From an uncultured Ignavibacteriaceae bacterium (GTDB lineage Bacteria; Bacteroidota; Ignavibacteria; UBA10030; BY39), in the NCBI GenBank assembly GCA_964437735.1, contig CAYTID010000001.1, positions 8,169 through 72,168 of the forward strand: a DNA stretch of 64,000 nucleotides, read 5' to 3'. A program made the translations under genes and the position numbers. Shown piece by piece: positions 20,316 to 31,828 of the stretch; positions within the stretch are counted from its first letter, which is position 1; each line of letters begins with the position of its first letter. A model generated the notes under the pieces. That model saw only the letters and a program-made list of their open reading frames with translations, did not search any database and was not told where the DNA came from.

Positions 20316-22568
20316 TTACTTAACCAGAACCATTTTCTTTATTTGTGAAAATTTACCTGCTTGCAAGCGGTAAAAATATAGCCCTGATGATAATTTTGAA
20401 GCATCAAATGTAACCGAATAAATTCCCGGTTTTTGAATTTCATTTCTGAGCGTTGTAATCTCTTGTCCGATTACATTATAGATTTTCAGTGTAACTAATT
20501 CTTCCCTCGGTACTGCGTATTCGATAACCGTTTTGGGATTGAATGGATTCGGATAGTTGTTGGAAAGAAAATAATTATCCGGAATTATATTCGACATATC
20601 ATCTCTTACACCGACAGGAGGCGTATATATTCCGAAGTCAGCATTAGTTCTTGGTACAATTTTATAACGATTGAAACTATAATAAACAATACCACGAATG
20701 TAGCTAAATCTACCGCCAACCCTTATAACAGTAACGCCGGGAAATATTGTATCACCGGGAACATTCGAAAATGTGTTTAAGCCTTCCCTTAATATATTCG
20801 CATCGGAAGTACCGTCTGTAACACTATATTCCCAGGGATTTCCAAAAACCGGATCGATGCTTGTCACGGTAACATTATTAAACTGAACGAGCATTCCTTC
20901 CCATGGTTCGGCATTTAAATCTCCGTTTCCGGCATTCGCACCGAACGTTGCAGTTGTCCGGACCACCGGTGCAGGTACCGGATTCCCTGTGTTAAACCAT
21001 TGGACTGCTGAGACGTTGCCAATTCTGGTTACGTCAAAATTTTCTTGTATAGTACCGGTTACTGCGACACTGTCACCTTTTCTCAGCCTTTTTAAAGTAT
21101 CAATAATTCCTGTTACCCATATACCGCTTGAAGGTGAATTTCCTGATTGCATATACCAAGCTGTTGTGCCGCCACTGCCGCTTCTGGCGGTAAGTACCAG
21201 ATCGCTGGTATCAGCTGAAACGATTCCTCTTACAGATGTTACAGCTCCGGTATAAGGACTACGACCATTAGTGTAGGGCGTATTTTGAACATCGTGAATG
21301 GTCAGTGTACCTGTCGTCACTTTGTAGAAATGAAAACCCTTCGATGTATCATTACCCGCACCACCACCGGCACCGCTTGCTGAAATTGTGAAATTACCTT
21401 CTGTATCTGTTGCTTTTAAGAAATATTTAACAAAAGTACCTAACGGTTGGATTGGAATTTCGCCCCTGTAAAGAGTATCTCCTGTAACCATTGTCATGTT
21501 AACTGTGACAAATGGGTTATTATTTAGACTATAAAGCAATTGCCTGCTTGCAATCGGTTTACCACCGGGTGTAGCTTTAAAGATTGCTTCAACTTTTGTG
21601 GTACTATCTGTTGTAACTATTACGGGATATCGCCTTACAGTTGTGAGTGTTGGTCGGGAAATACCTCGTATCACATCACCTCGGTATATTGGGCAAATTC
21701 TATAACCACGGGCGTTTTCACTACCGGAATTGCTTGATATGAATCCACGAATCGTATCAACTCTTGAGAAAGTCTGCATTAACCAGTGCGTAGTATCATA
21801 TGTGCTGGTAGGATCTCTATGACCTCTTAACGTCCACCATTTTGAGACGTCAAGTGTAGATATCATGTTACCAAAATCATCAACAAGATTCACCGTTCCG
21901 TTTGCCGTATTCAGTCGTCCCGCTACAGTAAGATTAGTTAATTCAACATATGCACCTTCATAAGGTTCACCTGTTGAAAATTTTATTTTTCCTCCCGGAA
22001 AAATTCCTTCATAAAAATCAGATGTATTTAATTTATATTTTGGTGGAGTATTTGCGCTACCGATAATATTAAAATTTGGTTCCCGTAATGGTACAAATTG
22101 AGTGGAGCTGCTTATTCCATTTGTACTTCCAACCGGGAATTCATCTACCCAACCAACGACTTCAACGATATCTCCTACTTCAACATTCAACATTGATTGA
22201 AAAAAAACAGTATCCGGTGAACCGGTACTTAATGGTGCGCGCACAAACATATGTCCCCAAGGCCCGCTATACCCGGTATCAGCTAATACAAAATTATAAC
22301 CACTCGAAGTAAAGTTTATAACTTTAGCAGGAACCGTACAAACACCGACTATCTTCACAGTATCCCTTGGATTAGTTGGACGATAAAATGCAGACGCTTG
22401 AATTGTCCATCGTGTTGGCTGACTATTCTGAATCTGATCCGCAATCAAAAGTGAATCCGGGTGAACATATTGAATTTGTCTTATTGCTCTATAGGGGTAC
22501 TGAATTTGAGTTTCGCTTATGTAGATAAACGAAATTGTTAATATAAGAAATACTAAAAATTTTTTCAT
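20316..22568 (-). CDS. Secreted protein with type IX secretion system C-terminal sorting domain (T9SS cargo); function unknown
   Basis: Signal peptide. The C-terminus ...GLYFYRLQAGKFSQIKKMVLVK matches the Por_Secre_tail pattern. Confidence 0.7.
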   Translation of the reverse strand: MKKFLVFLILTISFIYISETQIQYPYRAIRQIQYVHPDSLLIADQIQNSQPTRWTIQASAFYRPTNPRDTVKIVGVCTVPAKVINFTSSGYNFVLADTGYSGPWGHMFVRAPLSTGSPDTVFFQSMLNVEVGDIVEVVGWVDEFPVGSTNGISSSTQFVPLREPNFNIIGSANTPPKYKLNTSDFYEGIFPGGKIKFSTGEPYEGAYVELTNLTVAGRLNTANGTVNLVDDFGNMISTLDVSKWWTLRGHRDPTSTYDTTHWLMQTFSRVDTIRGFISSNSGSENARGYRICPIYRGDVIRGISRPTLTTVRRYPVIVTTDSTTKVEAIFKATPGGKPIASRQLLYSLNNNPFVTVNMTMVTGDTLYRGEIPIQPLGTFVKYFLKATDTEGNFTISASGAGGGAGNDTSKGFHFYKVTTGTLTIHDVQNTPYTNGRSPYTGAVTSVRGIVSADTSDLVLTARSGSGGTTAWYMQSGNSPSSGIWVTGIIDTLKRLRKGDSVAVTGTIQENFDVTRIGNVSAVQWFNTGNPVPAPVVRTTATFGANAGNGDLNAEPWEGMLVQFNNVTVTSIDPVFGNPWEYSVTDGTSDANILREGLNTFSNVPGDTIFPGVTVIRVGGRFSYIRGIVYYSFNRYKIVPRTNADFGIYTPPVGVRDDMSNIIPDNYFLSNNYPNPFNPKTVIEYAVPREELVTLKIYNVIGQEITTLRNEIQKPGIYSVTFDASKLSSGLYFYRLQAGKFSQIKKMVLVK

Positions 22569-22582
22569 TTTAAATCTCCTTA

Positions 22583-24754
22583 TTATTTAATTATTAAAAA
22601 CTTACCTATTTTCACATTCTCTGTCTCATGATCTTTAACGCTATATAAATATAATCCTGTGGCAATAGTCTGATCATGCTTTGTTATCAGATCCCACGCG
22701 TGTTCGCCGCCTGAGAATTGCGGGTTAACACGTAAGGTCTCAAATTTTCTGAACCATTCAATATCGGATCCGTCGTATGTAGATGCATTATGTTCAATAG
22801 TTTTTACAATATCACCGGCGAGTGTATATATGCGGATCTCGCATCTTGCCGGTAAATTGTAAAATATTATTTTTCTGTTCCTCTCGCCTCCGGTTCCACC
22901 TTCCCAATATGCGCTTGTATAATAGGGGTTGGGGTAAACACCGATTTCAGTGTTATTGTCGGATGTAGCTTTTGTTCCTGCAATAACCCGTTTGAGAACT
23001 TTGGAGCTTTCTAATATTGGTAAATTATTTGCGGAATCTCCTCTGTCAAATGCGGTAACACCATAAACATACTGCCAACCATTCAGGTGAGTTAAGTTCA
23101 TATCTGCGGGGGGAAAACGATACCAATAATCAACAGTATCGCCAGGAAATCTTTTGGGTTCTTGCAATAATATTTTCGATAATCCGACATTGAAACCAAT
23201 ATTATTCCCCGGTAAATCATATTCACCGGCTAATGTCATCTTGAAAATCAAATCTTCGGGCGCCGTTATATCAGCCCCTGCATTACTTCTGTATATTCTG
23301 TATCCCTCAAAATCTTTTAATTGTGTGATCGGATCAACTGACTCTTCGGCTGTGTGTTTATTCCAGTAAATTACTACTTCATTATCCGAGACGTCAGCCC
23401 GAACTTTCGGTCGGCGCGGAGGTTGGGGTAAGCTGTATCTGTCCAAAATACCATTACCATTAAAATCTTCCCAGGGTTGTAAAATATTGTCGCCGTTTGT
23501 ATCTTCGCCGTCGTAGGTTTTCTGTGCCCAGCCGAGATTATTCAGTAAAGTTGAACGTTGTTCAGGTGTGTCGAATCGTGCATGGTCTGAGCCGTATTTT
23601 TTTGCCGTAACAATACCAAAAATAACCTGCAAACTGTCCCCCGGAAACATTGTTACGAAAGGTCCTGTTGATAAAAGTAAAGTAGCATTCCGTGCGCTTG
23701 TGCGTAACGCATCGATCTTACTTTTAGGATACATTGTAGTTGTCATCCGAGCATATCTGTTTTGCCATCGGGTGGGAGGACTTCCATCATCTGCATCTTC
23801 AAGTCCAGGTGAGAAATATTCTGGCTCTCCTGAACTTGTCCGAAAAGTCCACGCATTAAAATAGTTTTTTTTTGATAAATCAAGTAAAGAATCTACACCT
23901 TTAGGAAATCTATTTGTCCCAAGAAGCTTCATAGCAATGTAACTATTTGCCGGTGGTCCCTGATTGTTCCCATCATAATCAAAAGCGTATGCCATACGCT
24001 GCACGGAATCATAGCCTGTCGCAACGTTAAAATAACCGCTTGTTCCGGGTCTTACAAAATTTGTGTTACGGACAACAAAATTATTCCACAAACCGACGTA
24101 TACAGAATCGAGAGTGTCCCTGACTGTAATTCCTGTTGCCGGATGTCTGTACCCTGTATTATAAAACGTATAGCTTACTATCACAAAGAAATCTGCGGTT
24201 GGAAGATTCCATGCATAACTTTCTTGTTTTATCTTAATTCCAAGAGGGAGATGATATGGGATGCTATCTCCAGTAACAGGATCACGTTTGTATGCGTCGG
24301 TATAATCGCAAATAAAATCTAATTCACTCACTGCGTTATCTGTCGGTAATCCTGAAAACGGGTCAATCGAACGCTTTGTTATTGAAGCGCCCTGTTCCGA
24401 TGTAAATTCGTAATGTCGTCCGGTAACTCCGCTTAATGATTGATCCGTGGCACCTGTACTCACTCCGGCTCGACCTTCTAGCCTGGATATCGCACCAAAC
24501 CAGATTCCGCCTTGATATAAGTGTTCTATTCTTGATCCTTTTGGATATTCAGCCGAAAATTGCTGAGGCCAATTGGAATTTCTCGCTCCGAGAGTTCCGT
24601 AATTTGTAACTGTTAACTGAAGATTTCCAACATTCACTACCTGTCGTTGATCTTTATCGGTGTTTTTTTGCAATCTGAAATCGGTTGCCTGCTCCTGAGA
24701 AAAAGACGCAAGTGTGAATACACTGAATAATGACAAAATGAGAAGTATACGCAT
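22583..24754 (-). CDS. Secreted hypothetical protein with a probable T9SS C-terminal domain
   Basis: Signal peptide MRILLILSLFSVFTLASFSQ. C-terminus ...GLYLYSVKDHETENVKIGKFLIIK is CTD-like. 15 nt from the next gene. Confidence 0.55.
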   Translation of the reverse strand: MRILLILSLFSVFTLASFSQEQATDFRLQKNTDKDQRQVVNVGNLQLTVTNYGTLGARNSNWPQQFSAEYPKGSRIEHLYQGGIWFGAISRLEGRAGVSTGATDQSLSGVTGRHYEFTSEQGASITKRSIDPFSGLPTDNAVSELDFICDYTDAYKRDPVTGDSIPYHLPLGIKIKQESYAWNLPTADFFVIVSYTFYNTGYRHPATGITVRDTLDSVYVGLWNNFVVRNTNFVRPGTSGYFNVATGYDSVQRMAYAFDYDGNNQGPPANSYIAMKLLGTNRFPKGVDSLLDLSKKNYFNAWTFRTSSGEPEYFSPGLEDADDGSPPTRWQNRYARMTTTMYPKSKIDALRTSARNATLLLSTGPFVTMFPGDSLQVIFGIVTAKKYGSDHARFDTPEQRSTLLNNLGWAQKTYDGEDTNGDNILQPWEDFNGNGILDRYSLPQPPRRPKVRADVSDNEVVIYWNKHTAEESVDPITQLKDFEGYRIYRSNAGADITAPEDLIFKMTLAGEYDLPGNNIGFNVGLSKILLQEPKRFPGDTVDYWYRFPPADMNLTHLNGWQYVYGVTAFDRGDSANNLPILESSKVLKRVIAGTKATSDNNTEIGVYPNPYYTSAYWEGGTGGERNRKIIFYNLPARCEIRIYTLAGDIVKTIEHNASTYDGSDIEWFRKFETLRVNPQFSGGEHAWDLITKHDQTIATGLYLYSVKDHETENVKIGKFLIIK

Positions 24755-24863
24755 TTAATTTACCAATTTTATGAATAAACGGGTTTTGTAGCGTTGTTAA
24801 TATAAGGATTTTTTGTCTATTTTACAAAAATAATTATTGAGAGAACTAGGAATGAGAAGAAAT

Positions 24864-27032
24864 TTAAACTTCCCCATCAGAAAATATTTTTATGATCTGA
24901 CCGATATCGATATTGTCGTCTTTAAAATTATTCCATTTTTTTAATTGATCGATAGTGACATTGTATTGGCTGGCGATTCGGAATAAAGTATCACCTTTTT
25001 TTACTTTATACTCTACGTAATTTTTATTATTTATTTCTTTAGAATCCGATTTGATTTTCACATCGCTCTTTTCAGCGGTGTCGGGTGAAATATAAATTTC
25101 TAGTTTCTGACCGGAAATTATTTTGTTTTTCCTGATTCCATTCCAATTTTTAATATCCCGAACTGTTACTCCATATTTTTCCGCGATTATCCCGAGGCTC
25201 TCGCCGGATTTAATAATATGTGTGGTCCAATATGATTTTTGAGATTTTTTTGATGAAGCGGATTGTTTTTTATTTTTATTTTCCGAAGCGAGATTTTCTT
25301 CGACTAAATCTCTTTCGTCCGTTGGAATAAATATATCTATGGTTGCATCTGTTCGGAGATGTTTACCGTATGGAATATCATTCCATATTCTCAGGTCACT
25401 AACACGCACATTGTATTTTTTTGCAATTTCGCTTAAGGTGTCGCCTTTGCGAACCTTGTAACTAATTTTTGAACTCCCTTTATTTGTAAATTTTTTAGCA
25501 ATTGATTTTTTATTTTCAGATTTTGTAATCCCCTGATCCTGTGAAATTGTTCTCGCTAAATTTTTTGATGTTAACGGAATTATCAACGTAGTTCCGGCGG
25601 ATAGTTTTTTCTTAACAGATATATTATTCGCCTCGGCTAAAACACTTTTCGTCAATCCGTATTTTTTTGCAATCCTTCCTATGGTTTCACCTTTTTTAAC
25701 CTGATGACTTATGAGAGTTTTCTTTTTCTCTGCAGGGACTTGAGCGTACTGTTCAGCAAAAAACGCTGATGTTCCGGCCGGAATCTTAAGTTTATAACCT
25801 TTATAATTCGGCGGTGTATATCCTTGAATAAGTTCAGAATTTAAATCAGAAAGTATTTTGGTATTTGTACCGGCACATTCAGCCAGAATACTCAGGTCGA
25901 CGCAATCATCTATCGATACAATATCATAAACAAGAGGAATATCCGGCTCAATGAAGAAGCCGTATTTGTTAGGATTCATTGCGATCACAGCAGCTGCAAT
26001 GTATTGTGGAACATAGTTACGGGTTTCACGCGGTAAATTTTTTCTAAGGTACCAAAAAACTTTGTTCCCGGATTTTCTTATAGCAGATTTTACTCTCCCT
26101 GCACCCGAATTATAAGCAGCAATCGCAAGATGCCAATCGTTAAATTCAATATATAAATCTCTAAGATGTTGGGCTGCCGCACGGGTAGCTTTATCGACAT
26201 CACGTCTCTCATCGTACCATAAATTTCCATCAAGTCCATACAACTTACCGGTACCTTTTATAAATTGCCATATCCCTACAGCCTTTGCCCATGACCTTGC
26301 AGTCGGATTCAAACCACTTTCGATCATTGATAAGTAAATTAATTCCTCAGGAACACCTTCTTCAGCAAAAATACGTTTCATGGTCGGAAAATATTTTCCT
26401 GACCTGAACAGCCATTTCTCCATATGATGCCTCCCTTTACCAACAAAATAATCGATGTACATCTGAACGAACCCGTTGATAACAAGAGGAACTGAAAAAC
26501 CTGTTATAATATCTCGAGTCCGGAACTGTTCGGGATTCTCTACACCCTCTAAAAGTTGATTCAATTTTTCACGAAGTGCAAAAATGGATGATTGATCTCC
26601 TAAGCTGTCGATATTTGCTATATAGTTTTCATAATCCTCGATAATACTTAAACTCAGATCGTTAAAATCCTGATTTGTTTCGATACCGGGATAATAACTG
26701 AGTTCGTTAAGTATATTTATAGCGGATTCAAACTCATTCGCGCATTTCAAGGAATCGCCGGAAGTTTCGGCTGCCAGTGCAGAGATATAATGCCGGCGTA
26801 CGCTTTCCAGGTTCTGGTTTAAAACCGGATCGCCACTATCGCCATTTTCCAGGTATATATTTGAAGTATCCGATGGCTGTAAATTTACATCGGAAATATT
26901 TGACGAAATTTCAGAAATATTGGAATTTGAAGAATTGAAACTTGAGTCCTGCTTGTTTCTTGTAGTCTCTTTACCGACACATCCATTCAATATCAAGGCA
27001 ATGATAAAAACAATTATATAGCGTAACAACAT
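24864..27032 (-). CDS. mltD: Membrane-bound lytic murein transglycosylase D-like (SLT domain plus multiple LysM domains)
   Basis: SLT catalytic region ([25 protein letters not shown]) followed by at least three LysM repeats ([18 protein letters not shown]..., [18 protein letters not shown]..., [18 protein letters not shown]...). Confidence 0.8.
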   Translation of the reverse strand: MLLRYIIVFIIALILNGCVGKETTRNKQDSSFNSSNSNISEISSNISDVNLQPSDTSNIYLENGDSGDPVLNQNLESVRRHYISALAAETSGDSLKCANEFESAINILNELSYYPGIETNQDFNDLSLSIIEDYENYIANIDSLGDQSSIFALREKLNQLLEGVENPEQFRTRDIITGFSVPLVINGFVQMYIDYFVGKGRHHMEKWLFRSGKYFPTMKRIFAEEGVPEELIYLSMIESGLNPTARSWAKAVGIWQFIKGTGKLYGLDGNLWYDERRDVDKATRAAAQHLRDLYIEFNDWHLAIAAYNSGAGRVKSAIRKSGNKVFWYLRKNLPRETRNYVPQYIAAAVIAMNPNKYGFFIEPDIPLVYDIVSIDDCVDLSILAECAGTNTKILSDLNSELIQGYTPPNYKGYKLKIPAGTSAFFAEQYAQVPAEKKKTLISHQVKKGETIGRIAKKYGLTKSVLAEANNISVKKKLSAGTTLIIPLTSKNLARTISQDQGITKSENKKSIAKKFTNKGSSKISYKVRKGDTLSEIAKKYNVRVSDLRIWNDIPYGKHLRTDATIDIFIPTDERDLVEENLASENKNKKQSASSKKSQKSYWTTHIIKSGESLGIIAEKYGVTVRDIKNWNGIRKNKIISGQKLEIYISPDTAEKSDVKIKSDSKEINNKNYVEYKVKKGDTLFRIASQYNVTIDQLKKWNNFKDDNIDIGQIIKIFSDGEV

Positions 27033-27139
27033 TTTAAACCTTTTTAAATCATAACTGATGTGAATATATGTGATTATAGAAAAAAAGTCAAGGAATTTTT
27101 CAAAGATTATTGAAAACCGGTAATATTACCTATAAGTTA

Positions 27140-28714
27140 TCATAATGGAATATTCCCATGTTTCTTTTTAGGATTTGAATCTACCTTGTTTTCCAATATT
27201 TTCAAAGATTTATATAATTTTGATCGGGTAAATGCCGGTTCGATGATGTCATCAATGTAACCCCGACCGGCAGCGATGTATGGATTGGCAAAAATTTCTC
27301 TGTATTCTTCTTCTTTTTTTGATACAGCTTCCTCAAAATTCTCTGATTTTTCCAAATCTTTCTTAAAAATAATTTCAACCGCTCCTTTCGGACCCATAAC
27401 TGCAATCTCAGCCGAAGGCCAAGCAAAATTGAAATCACCCCTAATATGCTTAGAGTTCATAACATCGTATGCGCCACCATAGGCTTTTCTCGTGATAACA
27501 GTTATTTTGGGGACAGTTGCTTCACAGAATGCATACAATAATTTTGCGCCATTTTTGATGATTCCACGCCACTCCTGATCTGTACCCGGCAAAAATCCCG
27601 GAACATCTTCAAAAACAATAAGCGGTATATTGAATGCATCACAAAACCTAACAAACCGGGCTCCTTTTATAGATGAATCAATATCCAAAACTCCTGCAAG
27701 GACAGCCGGTTGATTTGCAATTATTCCGACTGATTTTCCACCGACACGTGCAAAACCAACAATAATGTTTTGTGCAAAAAGTTCGTGAATCTCGAAAAAA
27801 TCCTTATCATCTACTACAAGGCGTATCACATCCTTCATATCATAAGGTTTGTTTGGATTTTGCGGAATTAACGAATTCAATTTTTCTTCGATTCGCAGTG
27901 GAGAGTCAGATGTTAATTTTACCGGCGGATCGTCGATATTATTTGATGGAATAAAACTGAATAATTTCCGAATACCTTGAATACAGTTTACTTCGTTTTC
28001 GCAGGCAAAATGAGCAACACCACTTTTCGTGGCATGTGTAATTGCCCCGCCTAACTCCTCGGAGCTTACATCCTCGTGTGTTACAGTTTTAACAACGTTA
28101 GGACCAGTTACAAACATATAGCTCGTATTCTTAACCATGAATACAAAATCAGTTATCGCCGGTGAATATACTGCTCCTCCGGCGCAAGGTCCCATAATAG
28201 CTGATATTTGCGGGATTGTCCCTGACGCAAGTGTATTTCTTAAAAAAATATCAGCATAACCGCCTAAACTTACCACTCCTTCCTGGATACGCGCCCCGCC
28301 AGAATCATTCAAACCAATTAAAGGAGCGCCGACTTTCATTGCCATATCCATAATCTTACAGATTTTTTCCGCGTGTGCTTCTGATAGTGAACCGCCAAAA
28401 ACTGTAAAATCCTGACTAAAAACAAAAACCTGTCTTCCTTCTATTGTGCCTGTACCTGTAATAACACCATCTCCAAGATATTTTTGTTTATCCAAACCAA
28501 AATCATGTGCCCGATGTGTAACCAGCATATCCATCTCTTCGAAACTGTTCTTATCAAGCAGAAGATTTATTCTTTCCCTGGCTGTTAGCTTTCCTTTTTT
28601 ATGCTGTTCATCGATACGCTTTTGACCGCCACCCATTAAAGCCTGTAGTTTAATCTCGTTCATTTGTTTCATTTTATCTTTTGCCATCATCCACCTATAT
28701 ATTGTTTTAGTCAA
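27140..28714 (-). CDS. pccB: Acyl-CoA carboxylase carboxyltransferase subunit (propionyl-CoA carboxylase beta / methylmalonyl-CoA carboxyltransferase family)
   Basis: N-terminal ...[27 protein letters not shown] and a two-domain crotonase-fold layout of about 520 aa typical of PccB/AccD5. Confidence 0.85.
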   Translation of the reverse strand: MTKTIYRWMMAKDKMKQMNEIKLQALMGGGQKRIDEQHKKGKLTARERINLLLDKNSFEEMDMLVTHRAHDFGLDKQKYLGDGVITGTGTIEGRQVFVFSQDFTVFGGSLSEAHAEKICKIMDMAMKVGAPLIGLNDSGGARIQEGVVSLGGYADIFLRNTLASGTIPQISAIMGPCAGGAVYSPAITDFVFMVKNTSYMFVTGPNVVKTVTHEDVSSEELGGAITHATKSGVAHFACENEVNCIQGIRKLFSFIPSNNIDDPPVKLTSDSPLRIEEKLNSLIPQNPNKPYDMKDVIRLVVDDKDFFEIHELFAQNIIVGFARVGGKSVGIIANQPAVLAGVLDIDSSIKGARFVRFCDAFNIPLIVFEDVPGFLPGTDQEWRGIIKNGAKLLYAFCEATVPKITVITRKAYGGAYDVMNSKHIRGDFNFAWPSAEIAVMGPKGAVEIIFKKDLEKSENFEEAVSKKEEEYREIFANPYIAAGRGYIDDIIEPAFTRSKLYKSLKILENKVDSNPKKKHGNIPL

Positions 28715-29819
28715 TAACGGAATCTATAACCGCGCCACCGACCAACTCATCTCCTTCATAAAAGACTACAGATTGCCCCGGAGTTATCGCGCGTTTTGGT
28801 TCATCAAATTCAACTATTATTTTTTCATCGTCTAGCTGTCTTACAAATGCTCGCGAACCGCTGTCCTTGTACCTTACCTTTGCATTAACTTTTTTACCTT
28901 CACCTAGCCGGGCATAGGATATCAAATTTACTTGTGATGCTATCAATGCTTTATGTTTAAGATCATTTTCTCTACCTAATTTTATGGAATTATTTTCAGC
29001 ATGTATCTGAGTAACATACAATGGTTCCCCCATCGCAATACCAAGACCTTTTCGCTGCCCAATTGTGTAAAAAGGATAACCTTTATGCTTTCCGACGATC
29101 TTCCCGTCAAGAACTAAGTCACCCCCTTTAACTCGATTTTCCAAATCAGGAATTTGTTCCTTTAAAAATCTTTCATAGTTATCATCGGATATGAAACATA
29201 TTTCGAAACTTTCACTCTTAGATGCAGTTTTAAGTCCATATTTTTTAGCAATCTCACGCACAGCCGGCTTTTCAAAATCACCCAAGGGAAAGAGCGTTCT
29301 GGATAATAAATTCTGATCAAGACTCCATAAAGCATAAGATTGATCTTTATTCTCATCACTTCCACGCGCAATGATATATCTATTACGCTCACGATTAAAT
29401 TTGATTTTTGCAAAATGACCGGTAGCGATGAAATCAGCGCCGAGTGAATCAGCTTTCTTCAACAATTCTTCCCACTTGATTTTTTTGTTGCAGATTACAC
29501 AGGGATTCGGAGTCCTGCCCGCGAGGTATTCATCTACAAAATTATCAATAACTTCTTTTTTAAACTGACTTGAATAATCGACCACATAATGAGGTATTCC
29601 CAATTTTGCCGCCACAATCTTCGCATCGTTTATTCCTTCAAGAGAACAACAGCTTGATTCATTAGCTACGTTCCCGCCGGTTTCCCCATAGTCGTATGTT
29701 TTAATTGTAATCCCGATGACATCGAATCCGTTTTCAAGCAAGATAGCTGCAGCCACAGATGAGTCGACCCCGCCACTCATAGCCACAATCACTTTTTTAT
29801 TTCTATCGCTAACAGACAT
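28707..29819 (-). CDS. mnmA: tRNA-specific 2-thiouridylase
   Basis: PP-loop [15 protein letters not shown], conserved Cys residues. 370 aa. Confidence 0.9.
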   Translation of the reverse strand: MSVSDRNKKVIVAMSGGVDSSVAAAILLENGFDVIGITIKTYDYGETGGNVANESSCCSLEGINDAKIVAAKLGIPHYVVDYSSQFKKEVIDNFVDEYLAGRTPNPCVICNKKIKWEELLKKADSLGADFIATGHFAKIKFNRERNRYIIARGSDENKDQSYALWSLDQNLLSRTLFPLGDFEKPAVREIAKKYGLKTASKSESFEICFISDDNYERFLKEQIPDLENRVKGGDLVLDGKIVGKHKGYPFYTIGQRKGLGIAMGEPLYVTQIHAENNSIKLGRENDLKHKALIASQVNLISYARLGEGKKVNAKVRYKDSGSRAFVRQLDDEKIIVEFDEPKRAITPGQSVVFYEGDELVGGAVIDSVID

Positions 29820-29883
29820 ATTTTAAAAATAATATAGAAAAACTCAGTGTTTTTTCAAATTAAAATTATTTATATATTGTTAT

Positions 29884-30423
29884 ATGCGTAAATTGACTCA
29901 CTCGGAAATATCAAAATACAGGTTTTCTAAAGAACAATTGGTAAATGAATCAAGGTTTCCGATTTATGTTCTTCTGGACAACATACGAAGTTTATATAAT
30001 GTCGGTTCCATTTTCAGAACTTCAGACGGAGCAAGAATCCAAAAACTTTACCTGACCGGATATACTCCTTACCCCCCCAGGAAAGAAATCAGTAAAACAG
30101 CGTTGGGTTCAACCGAAACTGTGCCGTGGGAATATTACAATAATCCACTCGAAGCAATTGAAAAAATAAAATCCGAACAAATAAAAATTTGCGTCCTTGA
30201 ACATACCTCCGAAAGCAAGCCTTATTTTACAATTTCAGAGAACGATTATCCGCTCTGTTTAGTTGTAGGGAATGAACTGACAGGAGTTTCAAAAGAGATA
30301 ATTGAAAAAGCCGAACTGGCAATCGATATTCCGATGTTCGGTTTAAAACAATCATTGAATGTTGCTGTTGCTTATGGAATTGCAGTTTTTGATTTGGTAA
30401 AGATTTATAAAGAATCTACTTGA
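29884..30423 (+). CDS. SpoU/TrmH-family RNA 2'-O-methyltransferase (SPOUT)
   Basis: LLDNIRSLYNVGSIFRTSDGA... and the C-terminal knot region (NVAVAYGIAVFDL). 179 aa. Confidence 0.75.
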   Translation: MRKLTHSEISKYRFSKEQLVNESRFPIYVLLDNIRSLYNVGSIFRTSDGARIQKLYLTGYTPYPPRKEISKTALGSTETVPWEYYNNPLEAIEKIKSEQIKICVLEHTSESKPYFTISENDYPLCLVVGNELTGVSKEIIEKAELAIDIPMFGLKQSLNVAVAYGIAVFDLVKIYKEST

Positions 30424-31076
30424 TAGGCGAGAGTATAATATTCCTCTTTTTCATGTGTATGTATCCTCAAAAGACCGGTGCGAACTAAGCCTACAAGGAT
30501 TCTTGATGCTCTTCTATCGCTAATGTTTACCAATCTTCCGAATTCTCTAAGGGTAATTTTTTGATGCGTTTCGAGATATCGAAACAACCTTCGTTCGTTT
30601 TCTCCAATTGTAATTTTCAACGGCGGCGTTTCAGGATTTTCATCCCTCAAAATTTTTACAACCTCTTTACTCGCCAACATCGTATTATCATTGACACGGA
30701 TATAAACCCGCGTGTTCTCGACTTCATCACGTGTATTTGTTCCAAGAAAGTAATGCGGCTTTGATCTGCTCTCTTTGACATAACAAACAATAACATCTTT
30801 TCCGTCGAATGGAACAAAATCGATCTCTAACTCGACAGGCGGGTCGCAAAAATCTTTAGCGGCGATTTCTATTAATTCCACTTCCGATTTTTCACTCTCA
30901 ACGCCGCAAATTGTGCCATCGTCGTCAACACCGAAAAGTATATACCCTCCTTTTGTGTTGGCAAATGATATCAGTGTGCGTGCAATTTTTTCTGCTGAGG
31001 ATATTCTTCTTTTGAACTCAGTTTCAAAACCCTCCCCTTCTTCAATCAAATTTTTTAAGTCACGGTATTTCATCAC
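30405..31076 (-). CDS. AlbA_2 (Schlafen-like 'divergent AAA') domain protein with C-terminal winged-HTH; putative regulator
   Basis: N-terminus EGEGFETEFKRRISSAEKIARTLISFANTKGGYILFGVDDDGTICGVE is characteristic of the AlbA_2 domain. The C-terminus has an HTH-like segment (LREFGRLVNISDRRASRILVGLV). Confidence 0.6.
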   Translation of the reverse strand: MMKYRDLKNLIEEGEGFETEFKRRISSAEKIARTLISFANTKGGYILFGVDDDGTICGVESEKSEVELIEIAAKDFCDPPVELEIDFVPFDGKDVIVCYVKESRSKPHYFLGTNTRDEVENTRVYIRVNDNTMLASKEVVKILRDENPETPPLKITIGENERRLFRYLETHQKITLREFGRLVNISDRRASRILVGLVRTGLLRIHTHEKEEYYTLAYQVDSL

Positions 31077-31089
31077 ATCATTTTTAAAT

Positions 31090-31821
31090 TTACCAGCCTC
31101 TGCCGTTCATACGTTCGAGAATAATATTTTTTCTGAAAATAACAAATTTGGAGTTATCAGTCGGCTTGTGTTTAATCGGACTCGGAATAACGGCAGCCAA
31201 TCTTACCGATTCGTCACGGTCGAGAGATGCTGCTGACTTTCCGAAATAATAATTTGAAGCTGCTTCAATGCCAAAAATTCCGTCGCCCCATTCAATGATA
31301 TTTAAATAAATTTCTAATATTCGTCCTTTTGTCAAATGATTTTCCATGATAAATGAAATTATCACTTCTTTAATTTTTCGCAAAGGACTTCTTGACGTAG
31401 ATAAATATAAATTTTTTGCAACCTGCTGTGTAATTGTGCTTCCGCCCCTCTTGATTTTCCCGGCTTCCCAATTCTTTTCAAACGATTCTTTAACTTCGAA
31501 CCAATCAATTCCGGAGTGTTCCATAAAACGTCCATCCTCTGCAACAATAATTGCGCGTCTAAGATGCTCAGAAATTCTATAAATTGGAACCCATTTTTGC
31601 CTTATCCGGTATTTTTGACTCCGTTGTTTTTTTTCATCCATGCGCTGTTTCATTATTGCAGTAATGTCCGGATTATTTTTATCTAATTTCATAATTGAAA
31701 AATACGGAATAGTCAGCAATTGATATAAAAAAAACAAAACAATCAGAATTATTAAACTTTTTATTTTATTTTTTTTAATCCATTCGGGAACGGAGTTCAG
31801 TGCAGCGATGTTAATTTTCAT
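31090..31821 (-). CDS. mtgA: Monofunctional biosynthetic peptidoglycan transglycosylase
   Basis: GT51 motifs (RAIIVAEDGRFMEHSGID, RGGSTITQQVAKNLYLS). One N-terminal TM. Confidence 0.85.
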   Translation of the reverse strand: MKINIAALNSVPEWIKKNKIKSLIILIVLFFLYQLLTIPYFSIMKLDKNNPDITAIMKQRMDEKKQRSQKYRIRQKWVPIYRISEHLRRAIIVAEDGRFMEHSGIDWFEVKESFEKNWEAGKIKRGGSTITQQVAKNLYLSTSRSPLRKIKEVIISFIMENHLTKGRILEIYLNIIEWGDGIFGIEAASNYYFGKSAASLDRDESVRLAAVIPSPIKHKPTDNSKFVIFRKNIILERMNGRGW

Positions 31822-31828
31822 TCAGTGA

